Assembly: GCA_054600435.1 (NCBI GenBank)
Contig: BAAIJX010000030.1
Coordinates: 62,001 to 126,000 of the forward strand
Origin: Neophaeotheca triangularis
Taxonomy: Eukaryota
Reading direction: 5' to 3'
Length of the DNA stretch: 64,000 nt
Part shown: positions 38,940 to 52,100 of the stretch, piece by piece
How the letters are laid out: each line of letters starts with the position of its first letter
Numbering within the stretch: position 1 is the stretch's first letter
Notes under the pieces: generated by a model
Database searches by the model: none
What the model saw: only the letters and a program-made list of their open reading frames with translations
What the model was told of the DNA's origin: nothing
Translations under genes and position numbers: made by a program

Positions 38940-39815
38940 ATGTCTGCTGCAGCAACCCACACGGCCGTTCCGGCAGCCAGCCACTGCCCGGACGAGGACC
39001 CGCCTACCACTCAGCCAGCAGAGCAAGGCGGAAGACCAGCAGCCACTGTCGACGAGGAGATCAAGAACGAAAACCACGGCATCCGCTCGCACCGTGCGCC
39101 TCCTCGCAGACCCGCACGCCGGGACCCCCATGACCACGCGCAAATACACCGTCACCTACCCGACCTCTTCGCAGCCGGACCGTGCTCCCCAGACTCCTCC
39201 GCCGCAACTTCGCCAACTTCACCACCCACAACCGACAACCCCAACACCCAAGCTTTCGACCTAGCCCTCCGCCACCGCACCTACAGCCGCGCCATGCACT
39301 CCCACCACACCTCCACCCACCCTCGCGCCCATCACTCTCGCCAGAACCTCCCAACTCTGCCAGCCTACGCAGCGAGCATGCACGCCTTCACGCTGCACCA
39401 ACTCAACACCGGTGGCGGCGACGGGAACTCGCCGGCACGCAGCTCCAATCCCAACGCCCAAGCCTTCGCGCAAAACCAACACCTGCACTCCGCCAGCTCC
39501 GCACAACAAGTGAATCGAGGCAGTTCCCAAGCCAAAGCCTCGGCAACTCCCAAGCTCTCGCTTCCCTCGCACTCGGAGTCTTCGTCGCCGCATTGGCGAG
39601 CGCAGCGGGCGGCAGACTTGCAAGCGCCATTGGCTGGAAGTAGCAGTCTAGACGTGTTGGGGAGAATGCTTGGCGGGGAGGGACCAAGGGCGCCGTTGAA
39701 CAGTCCGAGTGGTGAGCGGGAGGGTGAGGTGGTATGGGAGGGGAGAAGGCGGAGTTTGACAGAGCCTGGGAGGGGTCTGAAGTCCGAGGTGAGGGATTTT
39801 GCTGTAGGGGTTTAG
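38940..39815 (+). CDS. Hypothetical low-complexity protein
   Basis: 291-aa ATG ORF with two related motifs, YSRAMHSH and YAASMHAFTLHQL; C-rich coding bias like neighbouring genes. Confidence 0.55.
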   Translation: MSAAATHTAVPAASHCPDEDPPTTQPAEQGGRPAATVDEEIKNENHGIRSHRAPPRRPARRDPHDHAQIHRHLPDLFAAGPCSPDSSAATSPTSPPTTDNPNTQAFDLALRHRTYSRAMHSHHTSTHPRAHHSRQNLPTLPAYAASMHAFTLHQLNTGGGDGNSPARSSNPNAQAFAQNQHLHSASSAQQVNRGSSQAKASATPKLSLPSHSESSSPHWRAQRAADLQAPLAGSSSLDVLGRMLGGEGPRAPLNSPSGEREGEVVWEGRRRSLTEPGRGLKSEVRDFAVGV

Positions 39816-40023
39816 GAATGGTAGTGCCTATTGGCGTGGTGGGAAGAGAGATAAGAAGGAAGGGGGCTGTGTTGCACTTGTTGCATTGTTGCGAGATAGC
39901 TGCAAGTTCTACCTTGCGACACGGTTTCAGAACGTCTCGTACGCGCGCGCTATGAATTTGGCGCTCGTCTTCATCCTTCAACACTGTCCGTATCATACAC
40001 CACCAGGCTTCTCCTCCTCCGCT

Positions 40024-41532
40024 CTAAGCGTAGAAGTTGACCGTGTCCTTCTTCTTCGCCTGCACCTCCGTAATAGCATCGACATAGTGTTCGTGGCCAA
40101 TCTTGCTCTGCCCACTTCTCAACGCAATCATACCGGCCTCGACACACACAGCCTTCAACTGCGCACCGCCAAATTCATCGGTACTGCGCGCCAACTCGGG
40201 CCAGTTGACGGCATCATCCACAGTCATCTTGCGGGAGTGGATACGTAGAATTTGCGCGCGAGCCTCCTCGTTCGGCAGCGGGAACTCGATCTTCCTGTCC
40301 AAACGCCCAGATCTCAGAAGTGCAGGGTCGAGAACGTCGACACGGTTGGTGGCAGCGAGGACTTTGACGCGGTCGTCGGAAGCGAAACCGTCGAGTTGGT
40401 TCAGCAATTCCAACATGGTACGCTGTACTTCTCTGTCACCGCTCTTGTCGCTGTCGAATCGCTTGGTGCCTATGGCGTCGAGTTCGTCGATAAAGATGAT
40501 GGAGGGGGCTTTCTCTTTGGCTAGGGCGAAGCAGTCGCGAACGAGCTTGGCGCCGTCACCGATGAACATTTGGACTAATTGTGGACCGGCGAGCTTGAGG
40601 AAAGTGGCTTCCGTTTGCGCTGCACAGGCTCGGGCGAGGAGGGTCTTGCCTGTTCCGGGAGGGCCGTACATCAGAGCACCTGGTGGGCGGTGTTAGCGGG
40701 TAAGAAGAGTTTGTGAGCGTTAGGATGTTTTTACCTTTCGGCGCCTTGATGCCAATCGATTTGAACTTCTCCGCCTCCTTCATCGGCCAAACTACTGCTT
40801 CGACGAGCTCCTCAATCTGCTTGTCTAAACCACCGACGTCTGTGTACTTCTCCGTAGGCTTCTCATCGACCTCCATGGCCTTCACCCGGTTGTCGTATTC
40901 CGCCGGTAGTGTGTCGAGTACGAGATAGCTGTCCTTGTTCACACCGATGAGGTCGCCAGGCTTGAGCTTCTCTTGATCCACGAGACCGATGAGGGGGAGG
41001 AAAATGGTCTGGCGAGTAGATGTCTTGATGACGGCGCTCTTGCCTACGCGAGTAGCGTCAAGGTCGATGTTGGCACCCTCCTCAGCAGCTTCGGCGGTCA
41101 CATCCAGATCGAGCATCTCTACTACGTTACCGACTAGGTAGGGAAGTTGTCTGTTTCAGTTGTAAGCATCCCGCCACTCACAGTAGCATCCTCACACACC
41201 AACTAAACCCACCTGTTGTTGTCAATCTTCTCGACGTTGTCCTTGATCTTCTCGTGCATGGCCTGCTTCTCGTGGCCCAACCGCTGCAGCTCGCTCTTCA
41301 TGATGCGTGTGTCGTTCTCCAGCAGCCTTCTCCGGGAGATGATGTCTCGTGTGCTGGAGTTGAGGATCTCGTCGTCTATCAGGTCTTCCTCCTTCTCCTC
41401 CTTGCCCTCACCATCGGCATCCTTCATTTCGGAGTCGCCCTTGTCGCCACCGTCGGGCTTCTTGTCATTGTTCTGGTCGTCCTCCTTCTTCCCCTCGCGC
41501 TCCATGTCGTCCAGATCTTCGAGAGTAGACAT
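40024..41532 (-). CDS. RPT5: 26S proteasome regulatory ATPase subunit 6A
   Basis: Exons 41532-41213, 41150-40735, 40679-40024. [67 protein letters not shown]. Confidence 0.97.
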
Positions 41533-41910
41533 GATGAGCTAGTGTGATGTAGGTGGATGTGGGGGATATTCGTGTCGCTTCGTTGCCGGCGATGGGCGTG
41601 GCAGTTAACGTTGAGTGTTTGCGAGGTGAGGTAGGGTGTTTGGATGATGTCTCTCTCTTGGTGCAAGGTAGATGAGCTCCAGGCGCGGACGAGGATGGCG
41701 AGTTACGAAACGTCGGCAGGTCGGGGGAGCTACACCGACATGCGGCTCTGCGGATAGTAAAGCTTGGCATGTGAAGGTGTGGCGCAAGCTTGCTGTGTTC
41801 TGTGGCTGAAGACGCCGAGCTGTCAGGCCTGGGGTTGTTATCAAAGTCCAGACTTCCGAGACTTGCCTATGTATGTACCTGTACCCGTAGCTGTAGTAAA
41901 CCACACTTCA

Positions 41911-43596
41911 ATGGCTTCACCACCCCCTTCTGGTGACGATGTAAGCTTCTAATACTATATCGATCACTGTTTCTATACTGATAGTCGTCATCCAGGTCTT
42001 TGCGCACCTCCGACAACCCACTGACCCGGCGCTGATTGAGAGAAGAGAGAGAGAGTTTGAAGAGCGGAGTCGGGTTCAATATGGCAAGGCACAGCAAAGG
42101 CAGGCCGAGTTGGTATGGTGAATATCGGGAAGCGTGGTATCAAGGTCGCCGACTAAAGGAAGTCTACCTAGCTCCTCGGCAACTCCACCAAACCCGTGAC
42201 CGTCTCCTCTGTCCGCATCGTTGGCGCATCCCACACCCGTCGCCCCTTCCTCGAGGGCATTGTCGATCCTCTCCTCTCGCAGAACCGACAGGAAGCATAC
42301 ACACTACAAACGCTCCTTCGTGAGGTGGGCACCGCTGTCGACAAGCTCAACCGTCTCGACATCTTCCAGCAGCCAATCTCCACCTACATCGACAACCCCG
42401 ACAAGTCCGACCCTTCAACGACCCCCACCGACCATGCCATCTTCATCAACCTCAAAGAGCGCGGTCGCTACACAATCAAGACGGGCACCGAAGCCGGTAG
42501 CAGCGAGGGTAGCGCCTACCTGAACGTTGTCCTGCGGAACCTCCTCGGCGGGGCGGAAAAGGTCAATGCCTCGGCCAGCTTGGGCACGCGCACGCGAACA
42601 GCCTACAGTGCCATCTTCGACACCCCCATCCTCTCCAACCCCGACTTACGCTGGGAATTGGGAGGCCTCGCAAGCAGCACTCTCAAACCCTGGGCCTCGC
42701 ACGAAGAAGTGCTACGAGGCGGCAATACACGTCTACTGTGGCACCCCTCCCCCACCCAACGCCACGAGTTCGCCTACACAGCCTTCTGGCGCCAAATTAC
42801 CTCGCTCGCAGAAAAAGCCTCCCCAACCGTCCGCGCGGACGCAGGCGACAGCTTCAAATCCTCTCTTACCCACAGCTGGACAAACGACACGCGCGATGTG
42901 CCCATCCTCCCCTCCCGCGGCTACCTCCTAAAAACCATTACCGAACTCGCCGGCCTCGGTCCGCTCCGCGGCGACGCAGCCTTTGCCAAATTCGAACTCG
43001 ACTCGCAAGCCTCCCTTCCAGTTCCCATCCCAGGTCTCCTCTCTTCCAGTGAAACCGGCATTTCCCTTACCACCTCATTCCGCGGCGGTCTTCTCTGCCC
43101 CCTTACCCTCTCAGGCCACACGGCACCCAGCCAATCCCGTCTCAACGACCGCTTCACCCTCGGCGGCCCCACCGACGTTCGCGGTTTCCGACTAGCAGGT
43201 CTCGGGCCCCGTGACGGCAACGACGCAGTCGGCGGCGACGCGTATTACGCCGGAGGCGTCTCGCTACTCGCCCCGCTCCCCCGCGTGGGCAAAGAAACCC
43301 CGCTCCGCTTACAAGCTTTCATCAACGGCGGCCGCCTTCTCGCCATCAAGGACCCGCGCTCCCCTACCGACGGCAGCAGAGACAGACCCATGAGTGGCAG
43401 CGAGAGCGTGGCGGGTTTACGCCAGACGATGGAGGATCTGCGCACCGGGTTGCCGAGTTGTGCCGCCGGCGTGGGTTTGGTGTATGCGCACCCCGCGGCG
43501 AGGTTTGAAGTTAATTTCTCATTGCCATTGGTGGTTAGGAGAGGGGAGGAGGGTAGGAAAGGGTTGAGTTTTGGGGTCGGGTTGAGCTTTTTATAG
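41911..43596 (+). CDS. SAM50: Mitochondrial outer-membrane SAM complex Omp85 subunit
   Basis: Exons 41911-41940, 41996-42112, 42172-43596. RNLLGGAE, DRFTLGGPTDVRGF...GLGPRD..DAVGGD, ARFEVNFSLPL, C-terminal GVGLSFL. Confidence 0.93.
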
Positions 43597-44169
43597 GTGT
43601 GAGGGGTGGTGGTGTGATGGATGGTGTAGATAGAGGAGTTGCAGTGTGGCCGTGTCTTCGCTCAATGCTACTTTTAATCATCAATTCGCACGTTTTCTGC
43701 TGTTGTGGCGATACCCTCTCTGCGATGGCTCTACGATGGGTAGGTACGACAGACAAAGGGCCGCGGACATGGAAAACAGTACTCAGTATCGAGTTCTGGC
43801 TGCATCCAATGTTGGCGAGAGTAACTACCTCTATAACTTCGGTTCAGGAACCAGGTAACACCAGAGGTGAGTTTGCGCAACTGGAAAGCGATCTAGAAGA
43901 AATTTCCAGGCGTAGATTATATAGCCTCCTCGAAGTGTATGGACCCCCTTTTCTCGAAAGAATACATCGAACATCCTAGCATCTTCATCAGTGAAAGCAT
44001 TTCGAATCCTCATGCCCAGCACCTCGGAAAGCAACACATCACGCCTTAGACGCCTCGCTAAATCGACCCAAAACCCGCAAGCTTTACTTGCCATGCCATG
44101 CCATGCCACAGTCCTACTAGTCTTACACACACAATAGGAAAAGGGAGGAAAAGAGAGAAGACCCCCAGC

Positions 44170-45519
44170 TCAATACTCCCTACTCTCCCCGATCTCGCAC
44201 GTCTCAAATACGCCCTCGGCCTCCAAACCCTTCCACTTCATCGCCTCCTTGAGCACTCTCGGGGGCTCGAGAACCTCCTCCTCGGTCAAAACCCACGTGC
44301 CCCAGTGAATCCCCAGCGCCCGCTCACACCGCGTGTCGGCGAAAATGTTCACGCTATCGTACGGATTGGCGTGCATAGGAGACATAATGTAGCGGGGGTC
44401 GTAAGCGCCTATGGGTATTAGACCGAGATCGAACGGGCCGCGGAGTTGGCCGATCTGCTTGAAAGCCGGGCAGTGCGGGAGATGCGAGTATTTTTCGGCG
44501 TAGTCAAATTCGGTTTCCGGGAGTTCTGGGACCGTGCGGTAGCCCGTGTCACCGCCGAACCAGATTTTCTTGTTTCCTGAGCTCACTGACCAGCTGGCCC
44601 AGAGGGTATGGGCTTTGTCGAAACCGGAGCGCGCTGTGGTGTGTTGGCAGGGTAAACAGGAGATTAGGGCTGTGATGTCTGGGGTTGTGGTTGAGGGGGT
44701 GCTGTCGATGCTGCCGCTCGGGGAGGTTTTGTGGGTTGCGAAAGGGTTGTCGGCGGTGGTTGTCGAGGGTTGCGAGGAGAGGGTGAGTTCGCGCTCTTGC
44801 CACCAGTCTAGCTCGGTGACGTTGGTGATGCCGCAATTGTGGAACCAGGATTCGTTGCCGAGGGGGACGAAGAAGTGGACGTTTGGGTGATTGGCGGCAA
44901 TTTTGAGGATGGTCGGGTGGGAAAGGTGATCGTAATGGTTGTGAGAGATTACTACTGCGTCGATCAGGGGTATGTCGTCGATGTCGCAAGGCATTGGCGT
45001 GTATCGTTTAGGTCCCATGAAGGATACGGGGCTGCATCGCTGGGTAAAGACGGGGTCGAAGAGGACCCTGAAGCCAGAGGGGAACTCGACGAGGTAGCAG
45101 GCATGGCCTAACCAGGTTGCGCGCAAAGAATCGGTCTTGCGATCCGGCAGGAAGGAGGGTTCCCGGACGGGGACTGTTGGAGGAGTGGTGTCTGGAGTCT
45201 TGCTTTTGCCCTGAAACCACCTCTTGCCCATCATACCGAGCAGTTGCCATGCACTGCGTTCAAGGTACGAATCCCACGGGTTGATAAAGCCCTTCCCATT
45301 GCGATTGTGATGTCTCAACTCTTTGATTTCCGAGGGCGTTGCGCTGGCCGTCGCGGGGGAAGAAACGGCGGCGTGAAGGATGGAGGAAGTCAGAGCCGAG
45401 TCCATTATGGGGGAGGCGTGCAGTTGTCTCGATCTTGGGTTGAAAAGATGCGTACGAGGCCGAGTCTGGGTCAAACAATGTCTAAGGACGGAAGGAGATG
45501 GCAGCGGCAGCGATCGCAT
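44170..45519 (-). CDS. NAPE-hydrolysing phospholipase D (metallo-beta-lactamase fold; Fmp30-like), mitochondrial presequence
   Basis: TWLGHA, FDPVF, ISHNHYDHL, ELDWW, FGGDTGY, IPIGAY, IHWGTW. Confidence 0.92.
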   Translation of the reverse strand: MRSLPLPSPSVLRHCLTQTRPRTHLFNPRSRQLHASPIMDSALTSSILHAAVSSPATASATPSEIKELRHHNRNGKGFINPWDSYLERSAWQLLGMMGKRWFQGKSKTPDTTPPTVPVREPSFLPDRKTDSLRATWLGHACYLVEFPSGFRVLFDPVFTQRCSPVSFMGPKRYTPMPCDIDDIPLIDAVVISHNHYDHLSHPTILKIAANHPNVHFFVPLGNESWFHNCGITNVTELDWWQERELTLSSQPSTTTADNPFATHKTSPSGSIDSTPSTTTPDITALISCLPCQHTTARSGFDKAHTLWASWSVSSGNKKIWFGGDTGYRTVPELPETEFDYAEKYSHLPHCPAFKQIGQLRGPFDLGLIPIGAYDPRYIMSPMHANPYDSVNIFADTRCERALGIHWGTWVLTEEEVLEPPRVLKEAMKWKGLEAEGVFETCEIGESREY

Positions 45520-45925
45520 TATGAGTACAAAAAGAGTGACGAAGCAGACCGAGGCTTTTGTAAATGAATGTGGCTGCTTACGCGCTGCGCAGGCTGCAGC
45601 GATCGTTGTTCTCCCAACGGCCGTACGAAAAGTCACAATCTCCGGGTAGGTACCTTACCTTATATATCGTTCATGGCCGTCATGTCATGTGCGAGTCCGA
45701 CGGAGGTAAAGGTACTGTATGGATTCTTGGAACTTTTTATGGACAAACCGAACTTGAAGTCACCGACCTCCGTTCGTTGCCGCCGTTAACTCCGTCCGCT
45801 CCTACATACGTCCGTCTGTGCGACATGGAGAATACCTAGGTAATCTTGACCTCCTATTACTAGACAACTAATGGTAAATGCTGCAAGCTATCATGCAAAA
45901 TGGTATCGTATTTCGTTTGTACATC

Positions 45926-47941
45926 CTACCCCTCCGACATGGGCACCTCTTTGTACATCGGCCCGGCAGTGGCAGCATGTTTCCCCCGTAACCGCCACAG
46001 CCTCCGAACAACCATCTGCCCAATCGCCCAAGCACCAGCCAGACCAAGCAACAGCACGACAAGCAACAAGATCGGATGCGACGACAAGCCATCAGACACG
46101 ACCTTCTCGTAACGATGCAATGAAGCCGAGTTCGGAACCATTTCCCCAATCACTTCCACCTCCGCCTTCTCGGAGCGGCCCAAACTATTGCCATCCTTGT
46201 CCAAAGCCTCCGCCCAAATCGGCCCAGTGCCGTTGGTGACAAACACGGTCTCGAAACCCGTCTTCTCAGCCGTTCCCAGCTGCCCGGCTTTGGAGTGGAA
46301 ACTCCAGCTACGGTACTCGGTCGCGCCGTTCCACGACACGTAAATCGCCACGGCATCCAAACCCTGAGCGCCGTACCCCAAAACCTTGATGTCCGGCTTC
46401 GTGTTGGGCCTGCCCACCCAGTGCTGCTTGTAAGCACGGTAGGTGTCGAAACGTCCGCGCTTTAGCCATCTCGCTTCCATGATCACTTCGTCGTCTTTGG
46501 TGTGCTCTGAGAGGTAGCCGGCGTCCGTCCAGGCCATGAAGACATTTTCGTTGGGCAAAATTTGTAGTGAGCCGCGTCTATCGGCGTATTTTCCGTCCGG
46601 TCGGTTGTAGGATTTGAGCTTCCTAGCCTTGAACTCCTCGCCTTCTTTGTGGTCGAGTTCCATGATTAGGCCGCGTGAAAAGTCGTGTGTGGGTGGTTGG
46701 TACTCTTCGCCGATTCCACCGACGGCATTGTCCATGATGCTTACCACGGATCGGTCTTTGGAGTGCTCGAGGTAACGTACTTGATGCTGACGAGAGAACT
46801 TGAGACCGTCCTCCATGGTGAAGTTGTTGCGTCTGCCGCCTAGACGCCAGATGATGTGGCCGTCTTTTCCTGATACTAAAATGAGAGCATCCAAGTGGCG
46901 GACGGATGTAAGATAATCTCCATCCGAGTTCTTCGTTACTGCGTTAGAGTGGCTAGCCAATGCACGTTAGTCGCTGGCTTTCACGCACAAGTAGTGGCAG
47001 ACTTACAATCCGTCCCAAGCGTGGGACTGGGAGTAGTCTTCCGGGTGAGGGTGAGTAGTATGTCTTAGTCCATAGTACGAGCTCTCGTTCAAGTTGACAT
47101 GGTCCTGTACTCTCCAATCGAAAACAGTCTCGCCGGTTTGCGTATGTATCTCCCGAAATCCGTCAGTACGGGTCCAGATATGTCCTTCAAGACCAAAGTC
47201 CGCGGCGCTGAGCTTCTCGGTGTCGTGCGTGATGATCAGCGTCCTGTTGCCGTCTGCTTCAATGTTGAACTCATGCTGATTGAGGTACTGTTCGTCCTTT
47301 TCGATCAATATCGAGTGCTCCATTTCATAAGAGCTGTCTAGAAAGAAGCCAGCGCCAACATTACGCTCGGGAAACTCTGCATGTCTGTACGGCCGAAACG
47401 GTTAGCAAACCGAAACAGGTTGAAATGGTCACTCGGCCGCTGCTTTGAGGTTGACTTGCTTCACGATGCCCTTGAGGACCGGGTGACCTTCATATTCGAC
47501 AACACCAAAGTCGAACACGACGCGGTTGTTGATGAGACAGGCGCCAGACCACACTAGCTCCTACAGCCAGGTTAGCGACCTGATGACCCATCTAGGGCGA
47601 CAACCCGCTTACTCCATCATTATCGTATATCGTTGGACCAACTTCGCAAGGGATCCATTTGACGTCGTCCAGGTTGTTCCCCGCGAACCTGTAAGGGGCG
47701 ACGAACCAGTAGCCCGGCGCCACTTTATCCTTTTGATGTTTGGTGACTTTCCATTTCGGCGGCATCAAATCCGGCCGCTGGATAGAACAGTCAGCAAATT
47801 GTGAGAAAGTCGAAGAGGATGATGATTGGCCTGGCCTACAGTCACGAATCTGTGTAAATCATCAGCGGCATGGAGTCCGGTATCCGCCACAGCAGACGCG
47901 AGGGAGAGGGAAAAAGCAACGAGAAAGGTCCAAAAGAACAT
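45926..47941 (-). CDS. Arylsulfotransferase (ASST-like beta-propeller) with signal peptide and C-terminal TM helix
   Basis: Exons 47941-47840, 47777-47613, 47560-47433, 47384-47007, 46952-45926. FVTRPDL, PGYWFVAPY, GPTIYDNDGELVW, HEFNI, FHSNAV..DGDYLTSVRH, SRQH, YVSWNGATE, KTGFET. Confidence 0.88.
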
Positions 47942-49175
47942 GATCCAATGGCCGAATCAGACGAGCGATCACAAGCAGTAATAAGTTGGCCCTTTTTGCT
48001 CACCAGTCGCGCTCTAAAATGAACGATAGGACCTAAGTTATTAGATGGCGTGCGTGCTCGAGTAGGATGGAAACACACAAACAACCTACTACTGCCTCGA
48101 GGACAAACACAGCCCGAGGGTGATGATGGTGTCTCTTTCGTAAGCCTCCGCCGCCGCCCTCGTGCGCCCCAACGCAGGTTCCCACCTCTGTGGGTTAAGG
48201 TTATGCATATCCTTTCCTTTGGAGGGGGTGCTGCGGGAAGAAGTGACATGGGCGAGCGCCGAGCGGGCGGTTTGTTAGTCGATTAGTGTCTTGTTCGGAC
48301 TTGAGGGGAGCTCGTCGGCTCGGTAAGGGAGGAAAAGACTAATATTGAGTTCAGTTAGACGGTTACACAGCCGCCACCTCGAGCGTCGAAGGTCGAACAC
48401 ACGATCGGCACTTGATTTACTAGGTACAACCTAGTATGTGATTATCGTGGTAAAAAGTCCAACGCGACTTGTTCCAAACTCCATGTCATGATCATATCGA
48501 CCATAACAAGTCTATTCTGGTACTACTAAGAGGTAGTAGGAGGTAGTAGGAGGTACCGAGGTCGTGTTAAAACAGTACTTTAAGGTATGTACCTCAGCTT
48601 GTAGCCTGAAGCCTGTCGGTGCCCTGCGTTTCTCTGTTTCTCATCATCATCATCATCCTGATCCCCGAAAGCTCCAGGCGACCTTGGGAGCGTAGAGCTT
48701 CTCTGTTGGCACGTGTCCCGATGTTGCCCTTCTCAATTTGACATGATGTCTTGATGTTTTTCTCTAGATGTCCGGGTAGGTAAGGTAGAGAAGCCTTTAC
48801 CCATCACGCAGGGAAGAACCTGGAAGTTAGCAGGTGGTCAAGAGTCGACACCTCAGGCTTCTGTGATTCGGGTCGGTCACAGCCGCTTCTCGGCCTATTG
48901 TCGGCATGCCGCTCGGCAGGGAGAACATCTGAGAAATGTTCCAAGTGACAGACACTTGCAGACAATACCTCCTAAAATACTGTAATACCAGTATTGACTT
49001 GCCATGTTCTAATGATTTTCATGGTTAGCCATTCTGTTGACTGTTGACAAGAACAAAAAATATCTCCTGCCTTTACCAGCAGGTGCCTCTCATCACTCAA
49101 CCCACATGCAGCTTGTGGCGTGGTAAAATCTTCCATGATTGCCCCCTGACTTCTGCCCAGCCATACTTGTGCTCA

Positions 49176-52100
49176 ATGGCAATGTCGAGGCTTCCTCTAG
49201 CCCTCCGGTACATTGCACTGAGCAAAGCTACAGTCGGGAGAACACCATCGCGTCTGCTGCAATCCCCCGGAAGAACATCTACTCTTCGAGACCATCTACG
49301 ACATCGCGGCGGAAGATGTTCTTACGCCACTGTCGATACGTCTGACACTGATTCGCTGTGGAATAAAACCGGTATTGATGCAACTCCCCAATTCGCGCCA
49401 AACGCCAGAGGTGACGAGGAAAGTGGCGTGCAAGTGTCCCGCTCGGAAAGCACTACAGCGAACCCTGCCAAACTGGACAATAGCAGGCAACAGCTCCTTA
49501 CCTACGTTCATTCTTTCTCCAGAGGCAGCAAAACCAACAAACCGAGAAATCGGAAAAGATGGCAGTTGATCAAGTCCAAGTTGAATGCCGTCAGAAAGTT
49601 ACCTACGTCGGAAGCTGATCAACAATTAAAGCATCTCGCGAGCATTCTTCACGCTGGAAAGTTCTTCGAAACATTTGCGTCCGAATTCAAGCAGGCGGGA
49701 GAAAAGCGACGAGCAACTGAAGCAAGGCGTCTCGGCAACGCTGCATCAGGTGGACAGGCAGAGCCGGATGCACAGTCGGCACCCGAGGCGCAGTCGCAGG
49801 GAAACGCAGCAAAAGAACCTTCACCTGCAATGACTCTCGAGCAAATGCAGTGGACATTGCCCCTGCCGAGCCCGGAAGCCTACCCTGGGGCCGACGCCCA
49901 TTTGTTCGAACCCAAACAGCTTTACGGTGCGTTAAGTAACAAATGTAGGGAGTTAAAGCTGGGCATGCAGGTCGATTTGGACTTCTCTCAGCGTTTCCTG
50001 GGCGCAACTCGTAAAGCAAACTCGAACCGCAAATACCAGCCGCAATGTGCATTCGTCTGCGCCGCGACACTGGAGATTCCAGAAATATGCAGCGAGATCG
50101 GTCGGGGAGAAGGGCAGAACAAGCAGCTTGCGAAGAGTGCTGCTTGGATGCACTTGGTGTCGAAACTTCACGTCAGCGGAGCCTTGAAGCAGCTGTTTCC
50201 GGGGCCGGAGCAGCCAGCTTCGGGAGAAGGAAAGGACAAGGCTGTGGAAGCAACTTCTCTGGACAAGGAGACGATGTCCGCCGAGAAGGACGCAAAAGTC
50301 GACGTGTACAACTACGCAGCAGGCTTTGGGTTGGTTCCCGTTTTTGAGACGCGGACGGTTCCAGCTAGACCAGGGCGCCGAAGGCGGCCTGGCGCTCCTG
50401 CGAAACTGCAGCAAACGACTATCAAATTAACAGAGCGCGGGATTGAAGTATCCGCCGCGTCGCAAGATCTAAAGACCTCTGGTGTTGCGGCAGCGCTTGC
50501 TTTCAAGCAGGAGGCGGAGCAAAGGCATGCGGCGGGAGATACGGCGCCTTCCAGCGCGCTGACCGTGGACACCGCGATACCTTTCTTCGACTTTCTGCGA
50601 TCCAGAGTGCAGAATCTGAGCATAGAGGTGGAGCACGAGTCGAAAAAGGGCAACTTCAATACAGCGCACCTTGTCATCAACGGGGAGCCGGCCCATCAAG
50701 GCGTGACCATGCAAACCAAGAAGCAGGCCGAGGCTGTTGCATATCTCGTCGCTGCAATCAAGATTACCAACGATGATCCGGATCTTCTGAAAGATTTTGA
50801 GCAACTCCTGACAAAGGGCAAAGGCAAGATTCTACGAGATCTCATGCCCATGGATCTGGATGCCGAATACGAAATGCTTATCACCATGAGGCAGGCGCTT
50901 GTTGTGGCCAGGGAGGCTGGTCTACCTGATCAGAGGTTGGTACTGGAGGCGGAAGATGCGCAGCAAAGCAGTAGGCCACGGAAGAGCGCACGCGCCATTT
51001 CCGCCGCCGACATTGCGGTTGCCGACCAGAGACTCCTCGAAAGACAACGCGCATTCATGTCAGATAGGAACCTCGCAAGCCTCCGGGAAACCAAATCTAA
51101 GTTGCCGATGAACGAGCATCGTGACGCTGTGTTGGAGATGATCTCCGGCAGTCAGTACAGCATCGTCCAGGGTTTGACGGGTAGTGGCAAGACGACACAG
51201 GTCCCTCAGATCATCTTGGAGGACGCGATCTGGTCGAAAAGTGGAGGGAGCTGCAACATCATTTGCACTCAGCCAAGACGTATCGCGGCGACTTCGGTAG
51301 CCCAACGAGTCGCTGAGGAGCGCAACGAGCCACTTCGGGAGACTGTCGGGTACCACGTCCGCAATGATGCGAAATTACCGCTCCCAGGCGGCAGCATCAA
51401 CTACTGTACCACGGGCATTCTACTGGAGCAGCTCAAACATGACTCGGATGGAGTCTTTGACTCTACTTCGCACATCATCATTGACGAAGTCCATGAGAGA
51501 GACATGAACATCGATTTTCTCATGGTGGTGCTGAGGAAAGCTATCGCGGGGAGACTGGAGACTGGCAAAGCCGTGCCCAAGGTAGTCTTGATGAGTGCGA
51601 CGCTTGACTCTGAGCTTTTCGCCCAATATTTCGCAAACGATAGCAATGCCGGTCAAAGCACGCTTTGCCCTTCGATAGCCGTCCCTGGTCGGACCTTTCC
51701 GGTAACGGAAAAACACCTTGGCGGCATCATGCAAGATCTCCTTCACTCGGGCAAGAATGAAATAAATGGACTGATAGACCTCGACAAGAGATGCAGAGAT
51801 TACCTGAGTTCGGAAACGGCCTTCAGCGCAAGTCAAGGCCAGTCCACATCGGGCTCATCGTCCGACCTTGTGATCGACTGGAAGAGGCAACGACAGCCCG
51901 AGATTGAGGGCGAGCCTAGCGCAGCGCAGGAGAAAGAAGAAGCTTTGGTACCCGTACCACTCCTTGCAGCGACACTGGCACATATTTGTAACACCACTGA
52001 GGACGGTGCGATTCTTGCTTTTCTGCCAGGGCTTGACGAAATCGTGAAAACGCGGCGTTTCCTCGAAGAACACAAGATCTTTGGTCTAAATTTCAATAAC

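Noticed and set aside
41533..41910. Rpn4/PACE element in the RPT5-SAM50 divergent promoter
   Set aside because: Only partial GTGGC matches; no GGTGGC(A/G)AA consensus.
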